Below the pieces are notes generated by a model. It was given only the letters and a program-made list of their open reading frames with translations, had not been told where the DNA came from and ran no database searches. Both the position numbers and the translations under genes were made by a program. Shown in pieces: positions 50,101 through 58,818 of a stretch of DNA of 64,000 nt; position 1 is the stretch's first letter; every line of letters begins with the position of its first letter. This DNA is from Candidatus Cloacimonadales bacterium (GTDB taxonomy: Bacteria; Cloacimonadota; Cloacimonadia; Cloacimonadales; JAIOQZ01): NCBI GenBank assembly GCA_963665815.1, contig OY762463.1, forward strand, positions 3,168,001 through 3,232,000, written 5' to 3'.

Positions 50101-51462
50101 CTTAAGGAAAGTGCAGATAAAGCTTCTGAGGAATTGGCAAAGCTATTCGTAGACGGACGTAGTTATGAGATGAAACTTGAACAGGAAACTAAAATATTAT
50201 ACACAATTGGATATTGTTATGAGTATGCTTCTGAAGTTCTTGTAGGGCAGACACAAAAGTTTGCTGATGTTTCAATGGATGCAAATGAAGCAAAAAATAC
50301 CGGTGTCGGTCACTATAATGAGTTTAAGAAACTGCTTTTCGGTTATGTTAATCCATATAGACAGGAACTTTTGACTACTGCTGCCGGTCGTTATATGGAA
50401 TTATACGAGAATTACTATATGAACAAAGATTATAGAGATGACAACTATCAACACCCATATGACAAACTTGTTGAGTGGGGTGTAATGACTGATAAAGTTT
50501 ATGTTGATACTGATATAACTTCATGGAAGTCCAATGCAATTGATATGGGAGCTGATTTCGCAGTTTCTGCATTGAATTCTGATTGGTCAAATTCAGTTGT
50601 GACTGATACTGTTGATTCCAGAGGAACAAAATATCCACTTTGGACGCTTGAACCGGGATTTGTAAACTATTACAAGAATACACTGAACATTGAAATGATT
50701 CCTGAAATTGTTACATTTACCTATGTTGCAGCAAACAAGGCAGAAATATCAATTAACAATAATATTTTGAATGCTGAGCATGTTAAAAGTGATTCCATGA
50801 AAATTGATGGTGAAAACTATTATGTTTATCATGTTAAGACGCTAGATAACATTGCAACAGGTAATAATGCCTTTGTATTCAAGGCAGATCCAGCAAACAC
50901 GAATAAGTTTTCTGCAAAAGTGACAGCACAATATGATGCTGATAAACTTGAGTACTTCAGAACTACAGAAAAAAGATCTCTTGTCTCAGATTACACTTGG
51001 ATGACTAAAGAAGCTGACGAGATTGACCCGAATATTACTGAGATAGACTCAACTTGGTCTTTTGCAGGTCAGGATTTGTCAGTATTCTATAAAGTTAGTA
51101 TTGATGGCATGCAGGAAGGCGAATCTGATGCTATTGGTATCTGGGCTCCGAATCCTGATTCAACCAGAGTGTACTCAGTATATTTCTGGAAGAAAATCAA
51201 TATAGAAAGCGAATTTCTTGATGGGGAAATTAAGGTAGTTGGACATGAGTTTACTTCAATCTGGATAAATGGTCAGGAAATGTTATATGAATTCCCAATT
51301 GATCTTGATCCAATTATTAATAAAGTATACCCAAGCCCTGTGCTGCTTGATAGTTCTAACTTCGTTCAAGGTGAGAATATCATTCTTGTAAAAGTTACTA
51401 GTAATAGAAACTGGAAGACGCTTTACTTTGATATGCAGTATACAGTTAAAAAACCGGAGTAA
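47116..51462 (+). CDS. Very large exported TPR protein with C-terminal beta domains (GltD/AgmU-like by architecture)
   Basis: Signal peptide; many TPRs (AIYRLGNIYY, YISIYP, FEKKYP); 1448 aa. Confidence 0.75.
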   Translation: MGKKVSYLILFLFISSIILSSVTSYEELAKRKEKNDAYKRELFRKTESFIKDNPDSPDLAFLYFQLAEISAQVDGIDNPLKPAKLYSKVLEIDPDFTDKDVVLYQKAFYLFQAESQRVDEGRTRNLYTEGIDVESWPDSLRLIKDNARISEAVDAYNEVFKMPNSDLRDDAIYRLGNIYYNLALDARSPLKYYKTAISYFDYLAQKSEDEKYKDYGLAYRAWAKFASGFYEESIADFTLILDKIRKEGNERLKTYFEVDAVENLAYSFVEFDGGNYEQYSIAAAKAIELFNQIVDEKYGKQILNKAIEYKRDLNSPMQAMDLYNAYISIYPMSPENPSIIDSIRLLLTRNPSNSRATSDNELEEFIIKEKVRLVENYNTDSDWYKTNVDSAGADVTAELKIIREAYEFLFNRYYNNFSQDPEYVKLEKYKDLTDSYEKFHQFKDEKYDKHIYDNYVNYVEALYIMAGMNKTPEEFLKAREAFINLNERYPENENYYDNEFRIFLCIDEIRNQVKDLDETDVSANEGTDSTVTTGISRKDADSMYVDATLKFEKILRNPKYAEMDKENLLPKLVYNRAEIRFKNAIFDSAYVDYEKLLELEIKDNVKKRAYLQLAVLNEKRNDFVLSREYFEKALALADNEDQEMIRTNIDASIQSNAKKLKTGGDLVQSAEGYLELADRYKDKDKKKSRGFVVEAINTYKQVPDYQKAIDLWLSLTDDLITPKPVEENKVEVLTYYKNAWDIADSLMTDLEQGKDLRYRFIGLYPNSNEAYQLHIEIIKMYEEGAFKNIETAAEMYMDLYEKSRSMDLGTEKREDLYLQSFKLYKELGNEDKVVELSLDFEKKYPDHPAAMSMLIEVAKKYKNQNKEEEFKSLAKYIHKKDPNNNLLSNIAASELREIYMEADSLFKTKDFGAMNEKIFEYKRLESKYEKENLDIKVDIVHEDFAYWKDYVKYYDNFDKTFEKVNSTFLDRTPQQLLKVNNLTRFGRNFKGRIKKLKESADKASEELAKLFVDGRSYEMKLEQETKILYTIGYCYEYASEVLVGQTQKFADVSMDANEAKNTGVGHYNEFKKLLFGYVNPYRQELLTTAAGRYMELYENYYMNKDYRDDNYQHPYDKLVEWGVMTDKVYVDTDITSWKSNAIDMGADFAVSALNSDWSNSVVTDTVDSRGTKYPLWTLEPGFVNYYKNTLNIEMIPEIVTFTYVAANKAEISINNNILNAEHVKSDSMKIDGENYYVYHVKTLDNIATGNNAFVFKADPANTNKFSAKVTAQYDADKLEYFRTTEKRSLVSDYTWMTKEADEIDPNITEIDSTWSFAGQDLSVFYKVSIDGMQEGESDAIGIWAPNPDSTRVYSVYFWKKINIESEFLDGEIKVVGHEFTSIWINGQEMLYEFPIDLDPIINKVYPSPVLLDSSNFVQGENIILVKVTSNRNWKTLYFDMQYTVKKPE

Positions 51463-51467
51463 GATAA

Positions 51468-51719
51468 ATGAAAAGAATCACAATATTTATATTAATGATG
51501 TTTATGCTTGGCTTATATGCTCAGGAAAACAAGAAGAGCATCAAGGATAAATACAAAAACGTAGCAACTTTAAAGAGTAAGGAAGTCAAAGAAGTAAAAG
51601 TTGAAGATCTTAAACCGGATAATTCCGCATTACTAGGCAAAAAAGATTCTCCGAAAAAAGCTGGACTTAAAAGACATGCTATAGAGAATTTTAAGAAATC
51701 TAATAAATTATTATATTAA
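51468..51719 (+). CDS. Small exported Lys-rich protein (GltF-like position and size)
   Basis: Signal peptide ending LYA; 83 aa; tightly packed in the operon. Confidence 0.65.
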   Translation: MKRITIFILMMFMLGLYAQENKKSIKDKYKNVATLKSKEVKEVKVEDLKPDNSALLGKKDSPKKAGLKRHAIENFKKSNKLLY

Positions 51720-51737
51720 TAAAAACAGGAGGTCGAA

Positions 51738-52490
51738 ATGACACCTAAAGTCAAAAAGACTTTTTTCACCATTTTATTCATGGTTACCGGAGTATTAATG
51801 TTCGCTCAAAACGTTAAGGTTGATACAGATGAGTTTAGTCCAATTGCGTTGTTTATGGGCGCTATTGAGTGGATGGCTCCAATTGCTTTTCTCGGAGTAG
51901 TATCACTGGTTCTGTTTTTTGTGAAGTTTGGTATTCTTTATTTTAAAGAAAAACTTGATGCCGGAAAATTCTACCTTAAACTTAAAGGATTCATTAAAAA
52001 TGGTCAATACGATGAAGCGGTAAAAACATGTCAGCCACACAAAGACAAGATTCTTGGCTTCGTATTCTGGAATGGACTTCTTGCATTTAACGATGCTAAA
52101 AAAGCCGGAAAACAAGGTGTTGAACTTGAAGAATCACTCGCAAACGCTCTTAATGAAGCCGGTATGCAGAAAGCTCCACAAGTAACTGCAGGATTACACT
52201 GGTTTGACATTGTTGGACAGGTTGCTACACTTCTTGGACTTCTTGGTACAATCGCCGGTCTTATTGACGCGTTCTCAGCTCTTGCATCACTTGGTGAATC
52301 CGAACAGGGTGCAGCACTTACAGGTGGTATTGCTAAAGCGATGGGTACAACTGGTTTCGGACTTCTTGTTGCAATTCCAACTATGTTCTTCAAAGGTATC
52401 CTTGAAGGTCGAGCTACAACTATCGTCAGCAAAATTGATGAGTATAGTGTAAAAATAGTTAATGAGATTAGTAACTCAATTAAGAAATAA
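51738..52490 (+). CDS. MotA/TolQ/ExbB proton-channel protein (AglR-like)
   Basis: ATLLGLLGTIAGLIDAF, GIAKAMGTTGFGLLVAIP. Confidence 0.9.
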   Translation: MTPKVKKTFFTILFMVTGVLMFAQNVKVDTDEFSPIALFMGAIEWMAPIAFLGVVSLVLFFVKFGILYFKEKLDAGKFYLKLKGFIKNGQYDEAVKTCQPHKDKILGFVFWNGLLAFNDAKKAGKQGVELEESLANALNEAGMQKAPQVTAGLHWFDIVGQVATLLGLLGTIAGLIDAFSALASLGESEQGAALTGGIAKAMGTTGFGLLVAIPTMFFKGILEGRATTIVSKIDEYSVKIVNEISNSIKK

Positions 52491-52500
52491 GGAGCAATAG

Positions 52501-53028
52501 ATGTATCAGGGACCATCAAGTTCAAGGAAGATTGTTCGGGCTACAAGTAAAGACCTGAACCTGATTCCTATTATGAACTTGTTTATTACTATTATCCCAA
52601 TGCTGCTTGTTATAACGGTTACTGTAAAAATGGCTATGGTTGAGATACAAATGTCTGCAAATAATGCTCCACAAGGAAATGAAGAGCAAAAAGAAGAAGA
52701 TGATGAAGATAAAATTCAAACACTGAAACTGGCAATATTTGAAGACAGATTTGAGATAATTTACAATGACGATAACTCAAAGGTAAAGAAAATACCTGTT
52801 ATTGATCCTTCTGCGACCATTGTAACTCAACGTTATAATATGTTTGAACTGGATAAAGAGCTTGCAGAGTTTAAAAAGGATAATAAAGATCAGAATGAGA
52901 TCACTATTCTTGCTGCGGGAAATGTTAACTTTGATGCACTTATGGCATCTGTTGATGTCTGCAAAGTTAATGAGTTTCCTTCTATAAACTATGAATCTGC
53001 GGTTGAACTATTCATTCAAAAACAGTAA
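52501..53028 (+). CDS. ExbD/TolR-family protein 1 (AglQ-like position; Asn at the channel Asp site)
   Basis: DLNLIPIMNLFITIIPMLL TM; ITILAAGNVNFDALMASVD. Confidence 0.85.
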   Translation: MYQGPSSSRKIVRATSKDLNLIPIMNLFITIIPMLLVITVTVKMAMVEIQMSANNAPQGNEEQKEEDDEDKIQTLKLAIFEDRFEIIYNDDNSKVKKIPVIDPSATIVTQRYNMFELDKELAEFKKDNKDQNEITILAAGNVNFDALMASVDVCKVNEFPSINYESAVELFIQKQ

Positions 53029-53046
53029 GCAGCAAAGGAGAATGAA

Positions 53047-53568
53047 ATGAAAGCGGATAAATTTAAATCATCAAAAAGGCAGAGAATAAAAAGAAAAGAT
53101 TTGAATATCACATCTTTGATTGATATTCTTACTATCCTACTTGTTTTCCTGCTTAAAAATGTATCTATGGATGCAGCAAAAAACAAACCGCCCAAAAGTA
53201 TGCTTCTTCCTCCTACTGCAACAAATGAACAACTTATAGAAGATGGTCGAACAGTTGTTATTAAAGTATATCCTGATCAGATTCTGTATGGTATGGATGC
53301 TGTTTATGTTGGTTCTCTTGATGATCTTATGAATAATCCTTCTACAAGAAAAGCATTGGAAGGTCATTTACTTCTTGATAAAGAAAGTATTATTGACAAT
53401 GACAATAACGCTGTACCATGTATTCTACTACAGGTTGATAAAAGCGTTCAATGCTCTTACGTAACTGAATTATTTAAGGTCAGCGGGAAAGCTGGATACG
53501 TAAACATATATTTCTCAACACTCTATGAGTCAAATTTGGCTGATAAGTATAGAGGAAGTTCTTCGTAG
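53047..53568 (+). CDS. ExbD/TolR-family protein 2 (AglS-like)
   Basis: DLNITSLIDILTILLVFLLK TM with conserved Asp; ILLQVDKSV. Confidence 0.88.
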   Translation: MKADKFKSSKRQRIKRKDLNITSLIDILTILLVFLLKNVSMDAAKNKPPKSMLLPPTATNEQLIEDGRTVVIKVYPDQILYGMDAVYVGSLDDLMNNPSTRKALEGHLLLDKESIIDNDNNAVPCILLQVDKSVQCSYVTELFKVSGKAGYVNIYFSTLYESNLADKYRGSSS

Positions 53569-53576
53569 GTGAAATT

Positions 53577-55016
53577 ATGAGTGATAAAATATTATGGCTT
53601 GAGTTGGTTTATAAAGGAAAGATTCACAGTTATGTGAATTCAGGCAGGGACTTTAAGAATAATTTCTTAATTGGTTCCAGTGAGTACCTGTTTTGGCAAA
53701 TACTTGACAGGTCTTTTCCAAGTAAATTCAAACTTATAGAAAAGAAAGGTTCATCCTTTGTAATGAATCTTAGAAAAGGTATGGAACTCACCGTTATGAA
53801 AGGTGATGTGACATTGTCTCCTCAGGATCTCAAAGGTAAAAAGATGCTTCAGGGAAATTCTCTGATACTCAATGACACGGCTACAACGGGGATAATTAAA
53901 TTTTCCGGTGACTGGGAAATCCATTACTTTTTCAAGAAACCTTATACTGTTGTTTATACTCATACTGAAAAGCTGCTTATACGTCAGTACTCTAAACATG
54001 AAGGTCTCAGTGCAGAAAACAAAGTAACATTTGCATTCATGACCATTGCGTTCCTGATGTTAGGTGTTGTCACATTTGTAATGCATAAAAATTACGAACC
54101 ACCACAAGTAGCTAACACTTTCAGGGAGAAACTGGCACAAAAGCAAGCACACCTCATGAAGATGCAGCCTGAGATAAAAGAACAGAAAGTTGAGGAACCG
54201 GAAGAAGTTGCCAGCACAAGTGGATTTAAGAAAAAAGCTGAAACAGAAGAAGAAGCTGCAAAACAGGTTGAAGAAGGCGAAAAAAGTCTAGAAAAAGGTA
54301 TGCAGAATATTTTCGGTTCGGCAATGGACGATATAAAGGAAGATGCAGGTAATCTGGAAGATAATTCTGTAGATATGTCTCAGATGTTCAAGGTTACAAC
54401 ATCATCAGGTATTGTTACAACCGCTAAAGGTGCTAACTTGAGAAAAACCAAAAGCAGAGTTGATATTGCAAAGCAATTTGATGAGAAAGGTGGAGATTCC
54501 GGTTTAGACGGATCTACTGGACTTGATGAAATTCTTGCAGGACAATCTGTTTCCGGTGGAGATGGCTATAAAGTACTTAGCAGTGATGAAGTTGGCGAAG
54601 GTGCTGAAGAAATTGGATACGTTTCAATTAAAAGTACTGCCGAACTTGCAAGCATAAAAGGACGTTTTGCCGGTCTTAAAACTCTTGGAGTTGAAGGCGT
54701 AGGAATACAGGAAATGTCTGCTGAAGAAAAAACTGCGTCAGCTCGTATCGAAAAAGTTGTTGATGCATACAAGAGAAGACTTAACAGACTGTACAGAAAC
54801 GAAAGCAGAATTGCTGAAATGTACGGTACAATCAGGTTTGTGCTCTATATTAATAAAGATTCAGATATGGTGGAGATGGTTGAAATCTTCCCGGAATCTG
54901 GAAGCTTCTTTACACCTGAGTTCCTACAGAAAGCTGAAAAGCAGATTCTGACATGGAGAATAAGGGTTGAGCAGAATCGTAGATATGAAACAAGAATGAA
55001 ATTCTTGAAACAATAA
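53577..55016 (+). CDS. Bitopic energy transducer with TonB-C / AgmX-PglI-like C-terminus (GltG-like)
   Basis: About 150-aa N-domain, one TM, helical and Gly-rich linker, C-terminal IEKVVDAYKRRLNRLY..YGTIRFVLYI..ILTWRI. Confidence 0.7.
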   Translation: MSDKILWLELVYKGKIHSYVNSGRDFKNNFLIGSSEYLFWQILDRSFPSKFKLIEKKGSSFVMNLRKGMELTVMKGDVTLSPQDLKGKKMLQGNSLILNDTATTGIIKFSGDWEIHYFFKKPYTVVYTHTEKLLIRQYSKHEGLSAENKVTFAFMTIAFLMLGVVTFVMHKNYEPPQVANTFREKLAQKQAHLMKMQPEIKEQKVEEPEEVASTSGFKKKAETEEEAAKQVEEGEKSLEKGMQNIFGSAMDDIKEDAGNLEDNSVDMSQMFKVTTSSGIVTTAKGANLRKTKSRVDIAKQFDEKGGDSGLDGSTGLDEILAGQSVSGGDGYKVLSSDEVGEGAEEIGYVSIKSTAELASIKGRFAGLKTLGVEGVGIQEMSAEEKTASARIEKVVDAYKRRLNRLYRNESRIAEMYGTIRFVLYINKDSDMVEMVEIFPESGSFFTPEFLQKAEKQILTWRIRVEQNRRYETRMKFLKQ

Positions 55017-55026
55017 AACATTTATC

Positions 55027-55048
55027 AGCCCCGTAAGGGGCTTTTTTT
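55027..55048 (+). terminator. Terminator closing the TPR-TolQR operon
   Basis: AGCCCC-gtaa-GGGGCT followed by T6. Confidence 0.85.
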
Positions 55049-57439
55049 ATGAAATACTATTATAATGCAGCCCTTCCGGTCAATGTCGCTAAACTATACA
55101 CATACACTGCAAGTGAAGAAATAGAACCAGGATGCAGGATTATTGTGACGTTTAACAATAGACTCTCCTCAGCTATTGTGTGGTCAAGAATTGATAAACC
55201 AGAAGAAAAAAAAAAGACAATCAAGTATTTACCGATCATAGAGATAATTGATAATGAACCTGTCGTATCTGAAGAAGGTATCAAGATAGCAGAATGGATG
55301 AGCAAGTATTATCATGCTCCTCCGGGTATGGCATTATTCTCAATGATACCTGCCGGGATGCAGATAACATATAACAGAAAAATTACCCTTAAGTCTACTG
55401 ACAATTCGATGTTTGAATCTGAAGATGACAAACTGATATATCATGAATTAAGAGAACATCCGGGAATGAATATAAAAGAGTTGAAAGCAAAAACATCTCT
55501 TAAAAAAATTATCTCTGCTGTAGAAATACTTGAAGAGAAAAATCTCGTTGAAATTGAGAATGTCAGGGATAAGAAAGTAAAGGACAAGTTCAGAAATTAC
55601 ATAAAAATGATTGATAATACTCCCGGAAATTTGCCATTACGTCAAAAAGAACTTTTCGATGCTCTTGTATCATCAACTAACAGAGATACTGCAGTTTCAA
55701 AAATTGCCCAGGATTTCAGCTATTCCGTAATCAAAGCACTGCGAAACAAAGGGATAATAGAAGTCTACAGCAAGAAGGTGCAAATAGAACAGAATCTTTG
55801 GAGTGATATAAGATCATATTCCTCTGTAAAGCTGACAAAGCCGCAGCAAAGTATTTTCGAACAGATCAGAGATAGTATAAAATCAGAAAAATTTGTCCCA
55901 TATCTGTTGTATGGAGTAACCGGTAGCGGTAAGACGGACATTTATGCCCATTGCGTACAGGAAGTACTCAAAAGTGATAAATCAGCGATTGTTCTGCTTC
56001 CCGAAATATCACTTACTCCTCAATTCATTGGTCGGTTCTATGCATATTTTGGTGATAATATTGCAATAATACACAGTGCTCTTACGTTAAGAGAGCGTGT
56101 TGTAGAATGGAAAAAGGTTCGGAATGGAAAAGCTCGAATTGTAATTGGAGCTCGAAGTGCGCTATTTGCTCCTGTTAAGGATTTGGGAATTATCATCGTA
56201 GATGAAGAACATGAAAACACGTACAAACAGGAGAATACTCCGCGGTACAATGCAAGAGACCTTGCAGTGCTTCTTGCAAAGATGAAAGAATCTGTTTGTG
56301 TTCTCGGAAGTGCAACTCCATCTCTGGAAAGTTGGAAGAATGCAGTTGATAACAAGTATAAATTGTTATCTCTGACAGAAAAGCCATTTAACTCAGGGGT
56401 TCCGGAGTTAATAGTATCAGATTTGAAAGATTCTGATGATGAGCTTCTGACACAGGTTTTACGAGACGAAATTGATAATACTTTAAGGTCAGGTAAGCAA
56501 GTATTACTGTTTCAGAACAGGCGTGGATATGCGAATTTTGTTCAATGCACCCAATGCGGGTTTATTGTGAAATGTTCTGATTGTGACGTAAGCATGAAGT
56601 ACCACAGGCACGATGAGTCTATTCAATGCCATTATTGTGGAAAACATGAGAAAGCTCCCACATTGTGTCCGGAGTGTGAGTCCCGTATTCTAAAATATGG
56701 TTCAGCCGGTATACAACAGGTTGAATCTCGGGTTCAGGCATATTTTCCTGAAGCCAGAATTTTAAGGATTGATTCCGACACTGTGACAACTAGAAAGGCA
56801 TATGAGAGTTTTATACAGAGAATGGAAGATTCTTCTGTAGATATACTTATAGGTACTCAGATGGTTGCTAAAGGACTCCATTTCCCAAATCTGTCATTAC
56901 TTGGTGTTATAAATGTTGACAATCTGACAAATATACCTGATTTTCGTGCTGAGGAGAAAGCATTTCAGCTATTGACTCAAGTTGCAGGACGAGTTGGCAG
57001 AGGAGAAGATAGAGGAAAGATCGTTTTGCAGACTTATAATCCGGACAGTTTTATAATAAAAATGGTGAGGAACAATGATTTTATCACGTTTATTGAGCAT
57101 GAATTGTCTAATAGAAGTGCTTTGCATTATCCTCCGTACAGTAAACTGGTAAGAATAATTTTCACTTGTGAAATAAATGATCTGTTGTTGCAGGAGATGA
57201 AGAAAGTAGATAAGTTTGTTAAGGAGTTCAGAAAGATTTATAGCGATAGTCAGTTGATTTTCCTGGGACCGGTGCAAGCTCCAATAACGAAATTGCATAA
57301 CAGATACAGGTTTCATTTATTGGTTAAGTCAAAATCAGTCAGTCAGATATCAATATTTATCAATGTTTTGAAAGAAAATTTGAAATTACATGCAGGAATA
57401 AAGGTTAATATAGATGTAGATCCTGCAAATCTTATATGA
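55049..57439 (+). CDS. priA: Primosomal protein N'
   Basis: GVTGSGKT, PEISLTPQ, DEEH, GSATPSLES, NRRGY, four CxxC, IDVDP. Confidence 0.97.
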   Translation: MKYYYNAALPVNVAKLYTYTASEEIEPGCRIIVTFNNRLSSAIVWSRIDKPEEKKKTIKYLPIIEIIDNEPVVSEEGIKIAEWMSKYYHAPPGMALFSMIPAGMQITYNRKITLKSTDNSMFESEDDKLIYHELREHPGMNIKELKAKTSLKKIISAVEILEEKNLVEIENVRDKKVKDKFRNYIKMIDNTPGNLPLRQKELFDALVSSTNRDTAVSKIAQDFSYSVIKALRNKGIIEVYSKKVQIEQNLWSDIRSYSSVKLTKPQQSIFEQIRDSIKSEKFVPYLLYGVTGSGKTDIYAHCVQEVLKSDKSAIVLLPEISLTPQFIGRFYAYFGDNIAIIHSALTLRERVVEWKKVRNGKARIVIGARSALFAPVKDLGIIIVDEEHENTYKQENTPRYNARDLAVLLAKMKESVCVLGSATPSLESWKNAVDNKYKLLSLTEKPFNSGVPELIVSDLKDSDDELLTQVLRDEIDNTLRSGKQVLLFQNRRGYANFVQCTQCGFIVKCSDCDVSMKYHRHDESIQCHYCGKHEKAPTLCPECESRILKYGSAGIQQVESRVQAYFPEARILRIDSDTVTTRKAYESFIQRMEDSSVDILIGTQMVAKGLHFPNLSLLGVINVDNLTNIPDFRAEEKAFQLLTQVAGRVGRGEDRGKIVLQTYNPDSFIIKMVRNNDFITFIEHELSNRSALHYPPYSKLVRIIFTCEINDLLLQEMKKVDKFVKEFRKIYSDSQLIFLGPVQAPITKLHNRYRFHLLVKSKSVSQISIFINVLKENLKLHAGIKVNIDVDPANLI

Positions 57440-57624
57440 TGAGATATTTGCATTAAGATAAAATCAATCAGTTTAGTTTGAGTCTGTAGAAGATTTACAA
57501 GAAATATTCAATGTGGTGTTTTGATTACTCAAAATGTGCCAGGGCTCATGATGTTTATATCTTGACAAAAGAAGAAAGTTAAAAATTAATTACTAAAGAA
57601 TAATATTATTTAAAGGAGATTCGA

Positions 57625-57885
57625 ATGAAAAAGACAACTGCGTTACTTGTAATTCTGGTTTTTGTTGTATCATTTGTACTTTCCGCTTGTACACCAAAGC
57701 CACCTCCTGTGTCTGAAGCTGATTTAAATCAGGCGATACAGGCAACAGAAACTGCTGAGAGTGAAGCGGATAAGCTTTTAGAAGAAAAAACAATGAAAGA
57801 ACAGGAATTAAGGAAGAAACAGGAAGAACTTAAGAGTCTTAAAGATTATAAAGATGAGTTAATCAGAACCGGAGGTGGAAAATGA
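57625..57885 (+). CDS. Small coiled-coil lipoprotein
   Basis: LSAC lipobox, Pro linker, heptad-rich helix; AAGGAG SD. Confidence 0.8.
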   Translation: MKKTTALLVILVFVVSFVLSACTPKPPPVSEADLNQAIQATETAESEADKLLEEKTMKEQELRKKQEELKSLKDYKDELIRTGGGK

Positions 57886-58769
57886 GAAAAATCACCTTAA
57901 TGCTTTTGGTTACTATCATGGTTTTACCATTATTGCTTAATGCTGAAGTTAATTATCTCAGCGAAGAAGACTACAAAAGTCTTGATAAGAAAGAGAGACT
58001 CAGTTACTGGGAACGTCTTGAAAATGAAATGGTAGATCTGCAGCAAAGAAAAGCAGATGCAATTGCCAATAAAGAAAAATATCAAAAAGATATTGATGAA
58101 CTTGATAAGCAGCTTGCTGAAACAGGAACCGATTACGATAACGAATACAATGAAATTATCGAAATTCTTGGAGTCAGTAAATCTGATATCCCTGGAGTAA
58201 GACGTAAACTTGATGAGTATAACAGAAAAATTGATAACTGGAATAATTTATCAGACTCAGAAATCTGGAACTACAAAAAAGCAATTACCGAACTTATTGA
58301 AGAATACGAAACATACAAAAATACAAACGTTGCGAAGATACCTGATTTCAGAGGTACATTCTCTGATCTTGATAACAAAATCAGAGGTCTTAAAACTAAT
58401 CTTCAGAATGCAAGACCAAAATACTACTTCGACAACTATACTGTAGAAACTGGTGATTTCCTTTCAAAAATTTCAGGATACAGCTTTATTTATAATGATC
58501 CTGAAAAATGGGGAATTATTTACAGAGCAAATAGAGACCAGATTAAAGATCCTAACGTACTTAACGTTGGAATGGTATTGAACATTCCTCGCGGATTACC
58601 ATATTCATGGAAAGTATACAGAGGCGAAAGTTTATGGCGCATCGCATCTTATCCAGAAGTTTATGGAAGTGGTGCTCAATGGCCAAAGATCTATCGTGAA
58701 AACAAAGATCAGATAAAAGATCCAAACCTTATTTATCCAAATCAAGTTTTCAGAATTCCGAGAGATTAA
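57882..58769 (+). CDS. Exported coiled-coil protein with two C-terminal LysM domains
   Basis: YTVETGDFLSKI..WGIIYRANRDQIKDPN and VYRGESLWRIA..WPKIYRENKDQIKDPNLIYP. Confidence 0.88.
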   Translation: MRKITLMLLVTIMVLPLLLNAEVNYLSEEDYKSLDKKERLSYWERLENEMVDLQQRKADAIANKEKYQKDIDELDKQLAETGTDYDNEYNEIIEILGVSKSDIPGVRRKLDEYNRKIDNWNNLSDSEIWNYKKAITELIEEYETYKNTNVAKIPDFRGTFSDLDNKIRGLKTNLQNARPKYYFDNYTVETGDFLSKISGYSFIYNDPEKWGIIYRANRDQIKDPNVLNVGMVLNIPRGLPYSWKVYRGESLWRIASYPEVYGSGAQWPKIYRENKDQIKDPNLIYPNQVFRIPRD

Positions 58770-58786
58770 TCAATCAGGAATAAATT

Positions 58787-58809
58787 GAAGCCTCTCTTTG
58801 AGAGGCTTC
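58787..58809 (+). terminator. Stem-loop after the LysM gene (weak terminator or stabiliser)
   Basis: GAAGCCTCTC-ttt-GAGAGGCTTC with a poor U-tract. Confidence 0.45.
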
Positions 58810-58818
58810 TCATATTAT

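Noticed and set aside
51738-55016. Ordinary Tol-Pal or TonB-ExbBD uptake locus
   Set aside because: No tolB, pal or TonB-dependent receptor here; two dissimilar TolRs, giant TPR partners and a transducer with a large N-domain fit that model poorly, though it is not formally excluded.
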